64,000 nucleotides of DNA from an uncultured delta proteobacterium (GCA_963782055.1 CAWAIF010000003.1:3808001-3872000); one strand, 5' to 3'; counted from the stretch's first letter, positions 48,105 through 58,305 are shown. The notes: generated by a model not told the origin, from the sequence alone. A program made the numbers and translations.

Positions 48105-48743
48105 ATGGGACCCAGCCGGCAGGACGGTGGCCGGATGATCGAGCCGCTCGTCACCGACGAGGCGCTCATGATCCGCTACCAGCGGGGCGATCGCTCGGCG
48201 TTCGCGCTGCTGGTGCGCCGGCATCAGGCCCCGCTCTTCAACTTCGCCCTGCGGCAGCTCCGGGTGCGGCAGGCGGCGGAGGACGTGGTGCAGGAGGCCT
48301 TCGTCCGGGTGGTGCAGAACGCCGCGGACTTCAAGCACGAGGCGCGGTTTACCACCTGGGTCTACACCATCACGCGGAACCTCTGCATCGACCAGCTCCG
48401 CAAGGGCGCGCTGCGCAAGCACCCCTCGCTCGACGAGAGCCGCGGCGGGTCGGAGGGAGACGGCCCGACCCTGGGCGAGCAGACGGCGGACGGGAGGGCG
48501 AGCGTGGAGCGCGAGGCGACCGGCACCGAGCTGCGCGCGAGGATCGCGGAGGCCGTGGAGGAGCTGCCGGACGAGCAACGCGAGGTGTTCTTGATGCGTG
48601 AGCTGGCGAACCTCCCCTTCAAGGAGATCGCCGAGATCACCGGAGTCCCCGAAAATACCGTGAAGAGTCGGATGCGATACGCGCTCGAGCGGCTCCAGGC
48701 CGCGCTGCGCGAGTACGAGGAGTATGCCCGCGCCCTGAAATGA
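48105..48743 (+). CDS. ECF RNA polymerase sigma factor
   Basis: AEDVVQEAF, FTTWVYTITRNLCID and LPDEQREVF...KEIAEITGVPENTVKSRMRYA; start 48105 or 48136. Confidence 0.95.
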   Translation: MGPSRQDGGRMIEPLVTDEALMIRYQRGDRSAFALLVRRHQAPLFNFALRQLRVRQAAEDVVQEAFVRVVQNAADFKHEARFTTWVYTITRNLCIDQLRKGALRKHPSLDESRGGSEGDGPTLGEQTADGRASVEREATGTELRARIAEAVEELPDEQREVFLMRELANLPFKEIAEITGVPENTVKSRMRYALERLQAALREYEEYARALK

Positions 48744-48802
48744 GCCCCGTTGGGTTGCAAGTTGCGACCGGCAGCCGAAGGATCCGAGAGGAAGTACGCG
48801 TC

Positions 48803-50002
48803 ATGGATTGCGAGAAGTTCGAGGCCACCCTGATCGACGAGCTCGAAGGCGAGCTCGACGAGATCACGAGCGCGGCGCACAAGCGCCACGCCTCGGGGTG
48901 CGCCCGCTGCGCGAGCCTGATGTCGGGGATGAGAGCGACGCGGCGAGTGGCCGTGCTGCCGCTGGTGGACCCGCCCCAGGACCTGGAGGAGCGCATCCTC
49001 TCGGCGGCGCGCGCCGCGCAGAAGGTGGTGCCCTTCCGGGCGAAGGTCTCGCGCTTCGTCTCTCGCGCCGGCGCCTGGGCGATGCGCCCACAGACCGCCA
49101 TGGCCGCCGTCTTCCTGCTGGTGATGGGCTCCAGCCTGGTGCTGATGAAGAGCGGCCGGCACGCCAGCGAGCCCGCGCGGGCCACGGTGCGCGCGGAGGG
49201 TGCGCCGGCGGAGCAGATGGCGCCGGCGGGGGCCGCGGCCAGCGCGATGGACCTGACCGCCGCCGCGGAGGCCCACGGGACGGAGGAGAAGGCGGCGTCG
49301 CGACCGGTCGTCACGACGACGACCCCCGACGACATCCCGGCGCAGGGTTCGGCCCTCGCGATGGACGAGAAGAAGCAGGGGATGAGCGCGGGCGGGGGCG
49401 GCGCGGCCGAAGGCCACCTCAGCGAGGCCCAGACCCGCCGGGAGCGGGGCGCGGGAGGCGACACCGACCGCCTGACCGCCGCCAACGCGGGGCCCGTCGC
49501 CGGGGCTCCGGCGCCCACGGCCACCACCGGCATGGCGGCTCCGCCGCCCGCGGCCCACCACGCGAGCGCGACGAAGACGTCTCAAACGGGCGGCGCGGGG
49601 TCCTTCGACACGGCGATGGCCGCGTACCACGCCGGGCGCTACAACGACGCGATGCAGATGTTCGACGCCCTGGGCGACGCCAGCTCCGCGCTGTGGGCGG
49701 CGCGCAGCGTCCGGGAGGGCAGCGGCTGCGCCGCCGCGGTTGGCCGCTTCGACAGCGTGGGCACCCGCTTCTGGAACACGACGCCCGGCTACGAGGCCAC
49801 CCTCGACGCCGGGCGGTGCTACCGCGCGATGGGCAACACCAGCCTGGCGCGGGCGCGCCTGTCGCGGCTCCTCGCGGTGCCGGCGTACGCGGCCCGCGCG
49901 CAGGACGAGCTGGACGCGATGGCCCCCGCCTCCGCCAAGGACAAGGAAGCTCCGCGGCCGGCGCGCAGGCCCGCCAACATCGACCAGGCCAATGGCTTCT
50001 GA
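48803..50002 (+). CDS. Zinc-binding anti-sigma factor (ZAS) with a TM helix and periplasmic TPR-like domain
   Basis: MDC...HASGCARC (HxxxCxxC), TM AMAAVFLLVMG, low-complexity linker, C-terminal TPR-like helices. Confidence 0.85.
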   Translation: MDCEKFEATLIDELEGELDEITSAAHKRHASGCARCASLMSGMRATRRVAVLPLVDPPQDLEERILSAARAAQKVVPFRAKVSRFVSRAGAWAMRPQTAMAAVFLLVMGSSLVLMKSGRHASEPARATVRAEGAPAEQMAPAGAAASAMDLTAAAEAHGTEEKAASRPVVTTTTPDDIPAQGSALAMDEKKQGMSAGGGGAAEGHLSEAQTRRERGAGGDTDRLTAANAGPVAGAPAPTATTGMAAPPPAAHHASATKTSQTGGAGSFDTAMAAYHAGRYNDAMQMFDALGDASSALWAARSVREGSGCAAAVGRFDSVGTRFWNTTPGYEATLDAGRCYRAMGNTSLARARLSRLLAVPAYAARAQDELDAMAPASAKDKEAPRPARRPANIDQANGF

Positions 50003-50603
50003 CGAGCGGGTCGCGACCGCGCTCGCGGCGTGGGCCGAGCGCGACGCGCACGCCGCCATCACCGAAGAGGACACCCGGGCGATCGCCTCCACCGAGGGCG
50101 CGCGCGCCCTCGTCGTGGAGCGGCTGCTCGACGCGGCCGGCCGCGACGCCCTCTCGGCGTGCTCGGTGCTCGGCCGCCTGATGGCGCAGGCGGGCGCCTC
50201 CCCCTCCCTCGCGGCGCGCACGCTGGACGGCCTCGCCGCCACCTCCCCGTGCGACGACGCGTGGCTCGGCACCGCGCGCGCGTCCCTGGCGGAGGGCTAC
50301 GCCGCCGCCTCGCGGGAGGCGGCCGCGGCGAAGCGCGCGGACACCTGGCGCTACCCGCGCTGCGTCGTGCGGCTGGACTCGGACACCGTGGCGGTGGGGG
50401 CGGGCTTCCCCGACGACGATCCGGACACCCTCGCCGAGTGGGCCAACGAGGTGGCGCGCGGCCTGGTCAAGGCCGGCGTGCGCCGCGCCATCATCGACGG
50501 CGATCTCGCGCCCCGGGCCGCGCTGGAAGAGGCCCTGGAGCTGGCGGGGATCTCGGTGGCGCGAGGCGACCGGCCGCGCTCCTGGCTGCCCTGGAAGCGC
50601 TGA
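49992..50603 (+). CDS. Hypothetical protein, possibly a degenerate RsbR/STAS-like protein
   Basis: Overlaps the anti-sigma stop; helical N-terminus and C-terminal CVVRLDSDTVAV...EVARGLVKAGVRRAIIDG. Confidence 0.6.
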   Translation: MASDERVATALAAWAERDAHAAITEEDTRAIASTEGARALVVERLLDAAGRDALSACSVLGRLMAQAGASPSLAARTLDGLAATSPCDDAWLGTARASLAEGYAAASREAAAAKRADTWRYPRCVVRLDSDTVAVGAGFPDDDPDTLAEWANEVARGLVKAGVRRAIIDGDLAPRAALEEALELAGISVARGDRPRSWLPWKR

Positions 50604-50649
50604 GCGCCGGAACTGCCGCACAAACGGAGACTCTGATAGACTGACGGGC

Positions 50650-52383
50650 ATGCGTGCCTGGCTTGTTCCCGTCCTGCTGACCGCCGCGGTCCTCGCGCCC
50701 GCGTGCTCCAGCCACGACGACGTCGCCGTCCACCTCGCCCCGACGATCGTCTTTCCGAAGGGCGTCCTCGACAACGTCGCCAAGGTCACGCTCTCCGTCT
50801 ACGACGACGCGTCGAACAAGCTGGATTGCAGCGGCACCGACGGCACCGTCACCGGCCTCGCCGGGGACACGCCCATCGCGAACAAGGATCTCCTGTCTTC
50901 GGGGTGCGCGGCCGGCTTCAAGTTCTGCGGGGACGTGCAGGTCGCCAAGTCGGACAACGACCGCGTCTTCGCCGCGCAGGCCTTCGGCGCCGACCAGACC
51001 ACGGTCATCGCCAACGGGTGCACCCACGTCAAGGTGAACCAGGACACCCTTCAGGTGCAGATCAAGATGCTGCGCTTCGTGCCCCCCGCGATGTGCGCGG
51101 GCAAGGTGAGCCCGGTGCCGGTGCAGTGCAAGGCCCCCGGATCCGACACCGATCCGGCGTCGCCCACCCTGGCGTGCGGCGCGGACTGCCTGAGCAAGGA
51201 GATCTACGTCTCCAAGGGTGACCTCGCGACCACCAGCGACACCAAGCAGAAGGGAAAGCCCTCCTTCGTCTGGCCGGCGGGCACCGGCAACACCGGCCGC
51301 TTCCTCGGCTTCTGGGGCGACCACTCCCCGTCCGGCGGCCGGGTGCAGGTCGCCATGCGCGTGCTGACCGACGCGATGGCGCCGTACGCCGACCAGGGCC
51401 CGATCATCGAACAGTCGTCGACCTTCATGCCGACCAAGCCGGGCGAGGGCTTCCCCCCTTCCGGCGATCCGCAGACGCAGAACGATCCGACCGCCGCCTT
51501 CCTCAACGACACCTACTACATCGCCTTCGAGGATCTGCAGGGTGGCGGCGCGCAAGCCATCAGCCTCCGCTCGATGGACACCATCCTGACGCCGCAGCAG
51601 AATCAGGGCGCACCCATCGCCATCAGCGACAGCGCGGGCTCGGCGCAGACGCTACCGTCCATGGCGTTCAACGGCGCGGGGAAGCTCTTCATCGCGTGGG
51701 AGAACTCCGGCGTCATCGTGGGTCGGACGGTCGACACCGGGAGCAACTTCACCAAGGGCACCCAGAACACCATCGGGCCGCAGGGAAAGAACGTCGCCGT
51801 CGCGGGGACCGCCACCGGCTGGGTCGCCGTCTACCAGAACGGCACCGACGTCGACCTCGTGACCATCGACGGGCAAGGGGCCGCCTCCACGCCGAAGAAG
51901 GTCAACGACGTCACGCACTCGTCCGACAGGCCGAGCGTCGCCACGCTGCAGGACGGCACGATCGCGGTCGCGTGGGCCGACTCCGGCGGCATCTACGTCC
52001 AGCGCTACAGCGCCTCCCTCCAGCCGGTGGCCAACGATCAGGCGTTGCCCATCAACGACCCGAGCGTCACCGGTGCGCAGGCGATGCCCACCGTCGGCGC
52101 GGGCGCGACCTTCTTCGTCGTGGCGTGGGTGGACACCGGCGCCGGGCACATCCGGGCCCGCTACCTCGATGGCACCGGCGGCTTCCTGTTCAACGACGTC
52201 AACGGCCAGGACAGCGATTTCCAGGTGAGCCTGTCCAGCGGCAAGACCCTGTCCAACCCGGCGGTGGCCGTGGGAGGCAGCGGCCCGTACGTGGCGATCG
52301 GCTGGGAGGACGACACCGGGGCGCCTGGCAGCTACGGCGGCGTCTGGGCGCGGCGCTTCCTCGGACCGCAGGCGGGCCAGTGA
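50650..52383 (+). CDS. Large beta-rich surface lipoprotein, hypothetical
   Basis: Lipobox APAC; Cys-containing N-terminal domain; repeated P.(V/A)A...G...(I/V)AW.D blades suggest a beta-propeller. Confidence 0.75.
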   Translation: MRAWLVPVLLTAAVLAPACSSHDDVAVHLAPTIVFPKGVLDNVAKVTLSVYDDASNKLDCSGTDGTVTGLAGDTPIANKDLLSSGCAAGFKFCGDVQVAKSDNDRVFAAQAFGADQTTVIANGCTHVKVNQDTLQVQIKMLRFVPPAMCAGKVSPVPVQCKAPGSDTDPASPTLACGADCLSKEIYVSKGDLATTSDTKQKGKPSFVWPAGTGNTGRFLGFWGDHSPSGGRVQVAMRVLTDAMAPYADQGPIIEQSSTFMPTKPGEGFPPSGDPQTQNDPTAAFLNDTYYIAFEDLQGGGAQAISLRSMDTILTPQQNQGAPIAISDSAGSAQTLPSMAFNGAGKLFIAWENSGVIVGRTVDTGSNFTKGTQNTIGPQGKNVAVAGTATGWVAVYQNGTDVDLVTIDGQGAASTPKKVNDVTHSSDRPSVATLQDGTIAVAWADSGGIYVQRYSASLQPVANDQALPINDPSVTGAQAMPTVGAGATFFVVAWVDTGAGHIRARYLDGTGGFLFNDVNGQDSDFQVSLSSGKTLSNPAVAVGGSGPYVAIGWEDDTGAPGSYGGVWARRFLGPQAGQ

Positions 52384-52411
52384 CGCCGGCCCGGGCGCCC
52401 TGCCCTCGGTC

Positions 52412-52756
52412 TTACTCGCGCAGGTAGGCGATCGCGCGGATCACCTCGACCAGGCGCTCGCGGTCGTCGGTCGAGAGGTCGATGAAGCGCACGCCCATCC
52501 CGGGGTTGGGGTTGTCGCCGTCGGCGCGGACCGGGTTGATCCACGCCACCTGGCCCCGCAGCTTGAACGGCTCGTGGCCCGGCGGGGCGAAGGAGAGATC
52601 GACCAGCGCCTCCTTGGCCAGCGGCTCGGTCGTGCGGATGAAGATGCCCATCGCGCTGATGTTGGCGATGGAGGCGTAGAGGAAGGTGTCGTCGCCGACG
52701 CAGTCGACGTCCCACGCCACCGCGACGCGATCGTGACTGCGCCGCTCCTCGCTCAT
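52412..52756 (-). CDS. PilZ-domain protein (myxobacterial TIGR02266 type)
   Basis: ERRSHDR (RxxxR), NISAMGIFI and PGMGVRFIDL. Confidence 0.9.
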   Translation of the reverse strand: MSEERRSHDRVAVAWDVDCVGDDTFLYASIANISAMGIFIRTTEPLAKEALVDLSFAPPGHEPFKLRGQVAWINPVRADGDNPNPGMGVRFIDLSTDDRERLVEVIRAIAYLRE

Positions 52757-52757
52757 C

Positions 52758-55724
52758 TCACTGGACCCGGAGCGGACCGCCGTTGATGCGGTTGTCGCCG
52801 TCGTTGGGGCCGCTCAGCACCTTGAGCCGCGTGCCTCCCACGAAGAGGCCGAAGAAGACGGTGTAGGTGCCCGGGGTGAAGTTGGGCTCCAGGGAGAACT
52901 CGTAGTCGTCCATCACCAGGTCGTCCTTCAGCCAGAGGGAGAAGGGGTACTTCCCTTCCAGCACCTTGTGGTCGCCGTTGTGGCGGCGGCGGTAGCCGTC
53001 GATGTGGATGAAGGCCTCCCACTCCGTCGTCACGGGCGCCAGCACCTTGTAGTACGTCCTCATGTGGTACTTGCGGCCGGGCGCCACCACCTGCGTGAGG
53101 TGGCCGCGCGCGTCCCGGATGTCGTAGCCCAGGACGAGCAGCTTGTCGTCCATGTTGGCGTTGAGCAGGTGCTGCGGCTTGGGCGCGCTGGGCAGCAGGA
53201 TCTTCTCCAGCGGGTTCTGGTTCTTGTCGCCCTCGAGCGAGGACGCCACCAGGAGGATCTGGCTGGAGCGCGCGTCGAGCACCGGGAGGTTCTGCGCCTT
53301 GGGCTCGGTGCGCACGCGGTAGGCCTGGTTGAGGCGCGGCAGCTCGTCGGCGCGCACCGCCATGAAGCGACGCTGGTGATCGTTGTGCCCCTCCATCAGC
53401 CACTCGAAGGCGTGCTGGGTGTCCGGGAGCGTCTGGACCTCGCCGCCGGCGTAGTAGGCGGCGGTGCGGCCGCCCACGCCGAACAGGGCGAGGGGCTCCC
53501 CCTTCTTGTGGATGTGCTGGTAGGTCTCGAACACTTCCTTCGGTGAGAGCTGGTTGGCCAGGGCGGGGTAGTAGCCCATGCAGAGCACCAGGCCGATCGC
53601 CGCGGCGAGGGTGGCGAAGCCGCCGGTGCGACGGCCGCCCCAGAGGTCCCCGAGGAAGCCGAGGAAGAGGAAGAGGCCGATGCTCGACGGGATGGCCAGC
53701 GCCAGGGCGATGGGCCAGCGCAGGTGCGCGCCAGCCCACAGACCGGCGAAGACCGCCGCCGGAACGGCGAGCACCATGAGAGGGAAGAGGATGAGCGCCG
53801 ACACCCAGAAGGTGCCCTCGGCCTCGGCGTCGCCCTTCTCACCGGGGCCCTGCTTCAGCCGCGCGAAGAGCGCCTCGAAGGGCTCGAAACCTCGCGTGAA
53901 GGACGCCGAGGACAGCGCGCGCGCTCGACCGAACGCCCAGAGCCAGAGGTCCAGCGCGAAGAAGACGCCGAAGATCACGCCGAGCGGGAGGAAGGCGCTG
54001 ACCCACCACGCGTTGAGGATGACGTCGCGCATCTGCTGCGAGACGTGCCCCACGTAGCCGAGCTTGAAGCGCATCCCCGCCCAGATGACCAGGCCGGCGA
54101 GGGAGGCGCCGGCGACCATCGCGAAGTAGCCGAGGGCCAGCAGGCCGTCCCACGCCTCGCGCAGCGAGCGCACCGTGGCGAGGTAGCCCTTGGCGTCGAA
54201 CGGCTCGCGCTTGGGGGCGCGCTCGGCGAGGAGCAGCAGCACCAGCGCGGCGAAGCCGACGAGGACGATGGTCCAGAGCAGGAGGTGGGTGTTCTTGAAG
54301 GTCTCGGGGAAGGGCGCGCTGGCGACGCCGAAGGCCTGGTACGCCTTCTGCGGAAGCTCGTGGAAGTCGTGATGGAAGATGAAGAGGAACATCGCCACGC
54401 CGAGCGCCATGGCCACCGACGGGTGCGCGCCCCGCCCGTAGTCGCGCAGCGCGACGCCGCACGCCGCGGCGAAGATGGCGGGCGCGCAGAAGGGGATGAG
54501 GTCGGTCTTGGCGGCGAGGAAGGCGTGCGCCGCGACTGCCGTCGTTCCGCCGACGAGGATGGCGACGCGCGCGTAGCTCTCCCGCTGCAGGACGAAGCCG
54601 GTGCGCCCGACCGGCGTCATGAACATGCGGCCGATGGCGAAGGGCACGAAGGCGCTCCACGGCGCGAGCGCGGGCCCCAGGTGGCCGATGAAGTAGTCGA
54701 AGGTCGGGTACTTGCTGGGGGCCTTGATCATCGCCCCGGCGGCGATGTGCAGGTCGGGGCCGCCCAGCGCGACCGCTTGCCACCCGACGTAGAAGGCGAC
54801 CGACCCGGCGAGGAGCGCGAGCGCGCCCACCGCGTGGCCCAGGGCGTCGTTGGTGCTGCGCCCGCTCGCCCAGGTGACGCCCCACGCGAGGCCGACGCCG
54901 CCGCAGGGCACGGCGACCCCCAGGATGGCGCCCCGGCTGTAGTAGCCGGCGACGAGGGCGCCGGCGGCGAGCACGATCCAGAGCACCCGGGCGACCGTCA
55001 CCTTCGGTCCGTCCTCGTCGCGGTCGAAGGCGCCGACCGCCAGGCCGCCGAAGGCCGCCGTCACCGCGGCCATGGTGACCACGTCGCCGAGCATCGTCCG
55101 GGCCTGGACGAAGTAGAGCGGCATCGTGGTGAGGGCGAGCGCGGTGTAGAGGCCAGCGCGGCGATCGATGAGCCGCGACACCCACCCGTACGTCGCCACC
55201 ACGCCGAGCAGACCCCAGAGCGCGAGCGGCGCGCGACCGGCCCACTCGTGCAGGCCGAAGAGCTTGAAGCCCAGCGCGATGGAGGTGAATGGCAGCTCCG
55301 GGCGGCCGAGGTCGTTGAGGTGCGGCAGCGAGTTGTCGGTGCCGGCGAGGGCGAGGTGGCTGGCGTGGAAGAGGTTCACCGCCAGACGGCGCCCCAGGTC
55401 CGCCACGTTGAGCTCGAAGGGGTCCCAGAGGCCGCTCTTCGTGAGCGGCGGGAGAACGAAGAAGAAGAGCGCGGGCACGGCGACGGCGACCAGCAAGCCG
55501 AGGGTCCACGGGATGTCCGAAGGGGGCTCGGCCTTGTCGGCCTTCTCCTCCGGCGCGGCCTTCTCCTCCGGCGCGGCCTTCTTCCCGGCCTCCTCCGGCG
55601 GCGCCTCCGCCTGCTCCGCCTGCGCCCCGGCGGCCGCCTTCTTCTCGGGCGCCTCCGTGCCGGTTGCGGTCTTGCCGGCATCCTCGCCGGCGGGGCGTTT
55701 GGTTTCGTCTTTCGGGTCAGCCAT
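52758..55724 (-). CDS. ArnT/PMT-like (GT-C) membrane glycosyltransferase with a C-terminal Ig-like domain
   Basis: GLWDPFE, RPELPFTSIALGFKLFGLHEWAGRAP and QARTMLGD; many TM helices; C-terminal FIHIDG...NGDH...YP..LW...PGTY..FFGLF domain. Confidence 0.82.
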   Translation of the reverse strand: MADPKDETKRPAGEDAGKTATGTEAPEKKAAAGAQAEQAEAPPEEAGKKAAPEEKAAPEEKADKAEPPSDIPWTLGLLVAVAVPALFFFVLPPLTKSGLWDPFELNVADLGRRLAVNLFHASHLALAGTDNSLPHLNDLGRPELPFTSIALGFKLFGLHEWAGRAPLALWGLLGVVATYGWVSRLIDRRAGLYTALALTTMPLYFVQARTMLGDVVTMAAVTAAFGGLAVGAFDRDEDGPKVTVARVLWIVLAAGALVAGYYSRGAILGVAVPCGGVGLAWGVTWASGRSTNDALGHAVGALALLAGSVAFYVGWQAVALGGPDLHIAAGAMIKAPSKYPTFDYFIGHLGPALAPWSAFVPFAIGRMFMTPVGRTGFVLQRESYARVAILVGGTTAVAAHAFLAAKTDLIPFCAPAIFAAACGVALRDYGRGAHPSVAMALGVAMFLFIFHHDFHELPQKAYQAFGVASAPFPETFKNTHLLLWTIVLVGFAALVLLLLAERAPKREPFDAKGYLATVRSLREAWDGLLALGYFAMVAGASLAGLVIWAGMRFKLGYVGHVSQQMRDVILNAWWVSAFLPLGVIFGVFFALDLWLWAFGRARALSSASFTRGFEPFEALFARLKQGPGEKGDAEAEGTFWVSALILFPLMVLAVPAAVFAGLWAGAHLRWPIALALAIPSSIGLFLFLGFLGDLWGGRRTGGFATLAAAIGLVLCMGYYPALANQLSPKEVFETYQHIHKKGEPLALFGVGGRTAAYYAGGEVQTLPDTQHAFEWLMEGHNDHQRRFMAVRADELPRLNQAYRVRTEPKAQNLPVLDARSSQILLVASSLEGDKNQNPLEKILLPSAPKPQHLLNANMDDKLLVLGYDIRDARGHLTQVVAPGRKYHMRTYYKVLAPVTTEWEAFIHIDGYRRRHNGDHKVLEGKYPFSLWLKDDLVMDDYEFSLEPNFTPGTYTVFFGLFVGGTRLKVLSGPNDGDNRINGGPLRVQ

Positions 55725-55858
55725 GGGAGAGCCGTCCGGGGGTGGCGGAGGCGAGGCCTCCGCCCGTGGGGGCGGGCACGAGCCCGCGGACATTAGATTC
55801 AAGGCGAGGACGGCGCAACCGCGACCGCGCTCGCCGAAGCGTGATAGACAGCGCCGCC

Positions 55859-56872
55859 ATGGCCACCACCCGCACCCCCGGACGCAAAGCCTCCCGGCCA
55901 GGCCAGAAGGCCGCCGGAAAGCGCACGCGCAGGGAGCCGGCGCCGCACGTCTCCGGTACGGTCGCGGTGGTCGGGAGGCCGAACGTCGGCAAGAGCACCC
56001 TCCTTAACGCGCTCATCGGCGAAAAGATCGCGATCGTCAGCCATCACCCCCAGACCACGCGCGATCGCATCCTGGGGGTGGTCACGGACGAGGCGTCGCA
56101 GGTGGCCTTCCTGGACACGCCGGGCCTTCATGCCCCACGTAACCGGCTGGGGGTGCGCATGGTCCACGAGGCCCGGGAGGCCCTGCGCGGCGCCGACGTG
56201 ATCCTCTTCGTGACCGACGTCGCCCCCGACCCCGCCGGGCGGGTCTCCGAGCGTGACAGGCCGGTGCTGGCGGAGCTGCCGGAGGGCGCGCGGGTGGTGT
56301 GCGCCCTGAACAAGATCGACCGCGTCCGCCCCAAGACCAAGCTGATGCCGGTGCTCGAGGCCTACGGCGCCGCGCGCGAGTTCGCGGCGATGGTGCCCGT
56401 GAGCGCCAGGACCGGGGACGGCGTCGAGCAGCTCCTCGGCGCGGTGCGCGCCCTGCTGCCGGAGGGCCCCGCCCTCTACGACCCGGACACGCTCACCGAC
56501 AGGCCGGTGCGCTTCCTGGTCTGCGAGCTGATGCGCGAGGCGCTGCTCGCCCGCACCCGCCAGGAGGTCCCCTTCGGCCTGGCCGTCACGGTGGACCGCT
56601 TCGAGGACGCCACCAAGAAGCGGCCGGTGACGAGCATCGAGCTCACCATCCACGTGCCCAAGGAGGCCCACAAGAAGATCGTGGTGGGCAAGGGGGGCGC
56701 GGTGCTCAAGGAGGCGGGCACCGCAGCCCGCAAGGCCGTCGAGCGGCTCCTCGAGGGCAAGGTGCACCTCAAGCTCTGGGTCCGCGTCACGCCGGGCTGG
56801 TTCGACCAGGACGGCGCGCTGCGCGACATCGGCTACGAGCCGCCACCGGCGGAGAAGAAGGGCGCGCCGTGA
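55859..56872 (+). CDS. era: GTPase Era
   Basis: GRPNVGKSTLLN, PQTTR, DTPG, NKID and KH-domain IVVGKGG...LKLWVRV. Confidence 0.96.
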   Translation: MATTRTPGRKASRPGQKAAGKRTRREPAPHVSGTVAVVGRPNVGKSTLLNALIGEKIAIVSHHPQTTRDRILGVVTDEASQVAFLDTPGLHAPRNRLGVRMVHEAREALRGADVILFVTDVAPDPAGRVSERDRPVLAELPEGARVVCALNKIDRVRPKTKLMPVLEAYGAAREFAAMVPVSARTGDGVEQLLGAVRALLPEGPALYDPDTLTDRPVRFLVCELMREALLARTRQEVPFGLAVTVDRFEDATKKRPVTSIELTIHVPKEAHKKIVVGKGGAVLKEAGTAARKAVERLLEGKVHLKLWVRVTPGWFDQDGALRDIGYEPPPAEKKGAP

Positions 56873-58305
56873 CCAAGCACCACAAGCCTCACCGCGTGCA
56901 GGCGGTCCCCGCCGGCCACGCCGGGTTGCCCATCGTCGCCATCGTCGGGCGGCCCAACGTGGGCAAGTCCACCCTCTTCAACCGGCTGGCGCGCCGGCGG
57001 CTCGCCATCGTCCACGACGAGCCGGGCGTCACGCGCGACCGCCACTACGCCGACACCACGGCCTTCGGCGTGGACTACACCCTCGTCGACACCGGCGGCT
57101 ACGACCCCGACAGCGACGACCCGATGAAGGCGGGCATCACCGGGCACGTGCGCGCCGCCATCGCCGAGGCGGACGTCATCGTCTTCGTCACCGACGGCGC
57201 CGCCGGCCTCAACGACGCCGACCGCGCGGCGGTGGGCCTGCTGCGGCGCTCCGCCAAGCCGGTGCTCTACGCCGCCAACAAGGCGGACTCCCCCACCCGC
57301 GACGCCGAGGCCTTCGAGCTCTACCGCCTCGGCGTGGAGAAGGTGTTCCCCATCAGCGCGCTGCACGGCCGCGGCATCGGCGATCTGGAGGGCTCCCTCG
57401 TGGAGGTCCTGCCGGAGCGCGAGGCGCCGCCGGCCGACGACGAGCGGGTGCCGCGCATCGCGATCGTCGGCAAGCCCAACGCCGGCAAGAGCAGCCTCGT
57501 CAACCGCATCGTCGGCGCCGATCGCATGATGGTGGACGCGCGCCCCGGCACCACGCGCGACTCCATCGACGCGCTGGTGACGCGCGGCGAGCGTCGCTAC
57601 GTGGTGATCGACACCGCGGGCATCCGCCGCAAGGGCAAGGTGTTCAAGGGCCGCGACGCCGTCGAGTCGCTCGCGGTGCTCTCCGCCATCCGCAGCATCG
57701 AGCGGGCGCACGTGGTGGTGCTGGTGTGCGACGCGGACGAGGGCGTCGCCGAGCAGGACGCGAAGATCCTTGGCCTCGCGCAGGACCGCGCGCGCGGCCT
57801 GGTCATCGCGCTGAACAAGACCGACCTGCTGGACACCGCCGCCCTCAAGAAGGCGGAGGAGCTGGCGCGCGACAAGCTCACCTTCGCGCCGTACGCGCCG
57901 GTGGTGCGCATCAGCGCCAAGACCGGCCGCGGGCTGCCGGAGCTGTTCCGCACCATCGACCGCGTGCACGAGGCCTTCTTCCAGCGCGTGGGCACCGGCG
58001 AGCTGAACCGCTTCTTCGAGCAGGTGATCGAGACGCGCCCACCGCCGACGAGCGGCGGCCGCGCCCCGCGCCTGTACTACGTGACGCAGGCGCAGGTGGC
58101 GCCGCCCACCTTCGTGGCGATGACGAACGCCCCGGATTCCATCCACTTCTCCTACCAGCGCTACGTCATCAACCAGCTCCGCAAGCGCTTCGGCTTCGAG
58201 GGCGTGCCGGTGCGCGTGCACTACCGGCAGAAGCGCGGGCGGGACCTCCCCCCCCGGCCCGGTCTCCCTGCGAAGGAGAGGGGGAGGAAGAAGAAGAAGA
58301 GCTAG
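56869..58305 (+). CDS. der: Ribosome biogenesis GTPase Der (EngA)
   Basis: Two G domains (GRPNVGKSTLFN; GKPNAGKSSLVN), PGVTRD, GTTRDS and SYQRY..NQLR..FGFEGVP. Confidence 0.96.
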   Translation: MTKHHKPHRVQAVPAGHAGLPIVAIVGRPNVGKSTLFNRLARRRLAIVHDEPGVTRDRHYADTTAFGVDYTLVDTGGYDPDSDDPMKAGITGHVRAAIAEADVIVFVTDGAAGLNDADRAAVGLLRRSAKPVLYAANKADSPTRDAEAFELYRLGVEKVFPISALHGRGIGDLEGSLVEVLPEREAPPADDERVPRIAIVGKPNAGKSSLVNRIVGADRMMVDARPGTTRDSIDALVTRGERRYVVIDTAGIRRKGKVFKGRDAVESLAVLSAIRSIERAHVVVLVCDADEGVAEQDAKILGLAQDRARGLVIALNKTDLLDTAALKKAEELARDKLTFAPYAPVVRISAKTGRGLPELFRTIDRVHEAFFQRVGTGELNRFFEQVIETRPPPTSGGRAPRLYYVTQAQVAPPTFVAMTNAPDSIHFSYQRYVINQLRKRFGFEGVPVRVHYRQKRGRDLPPRPGLPAKERGRKKKKS

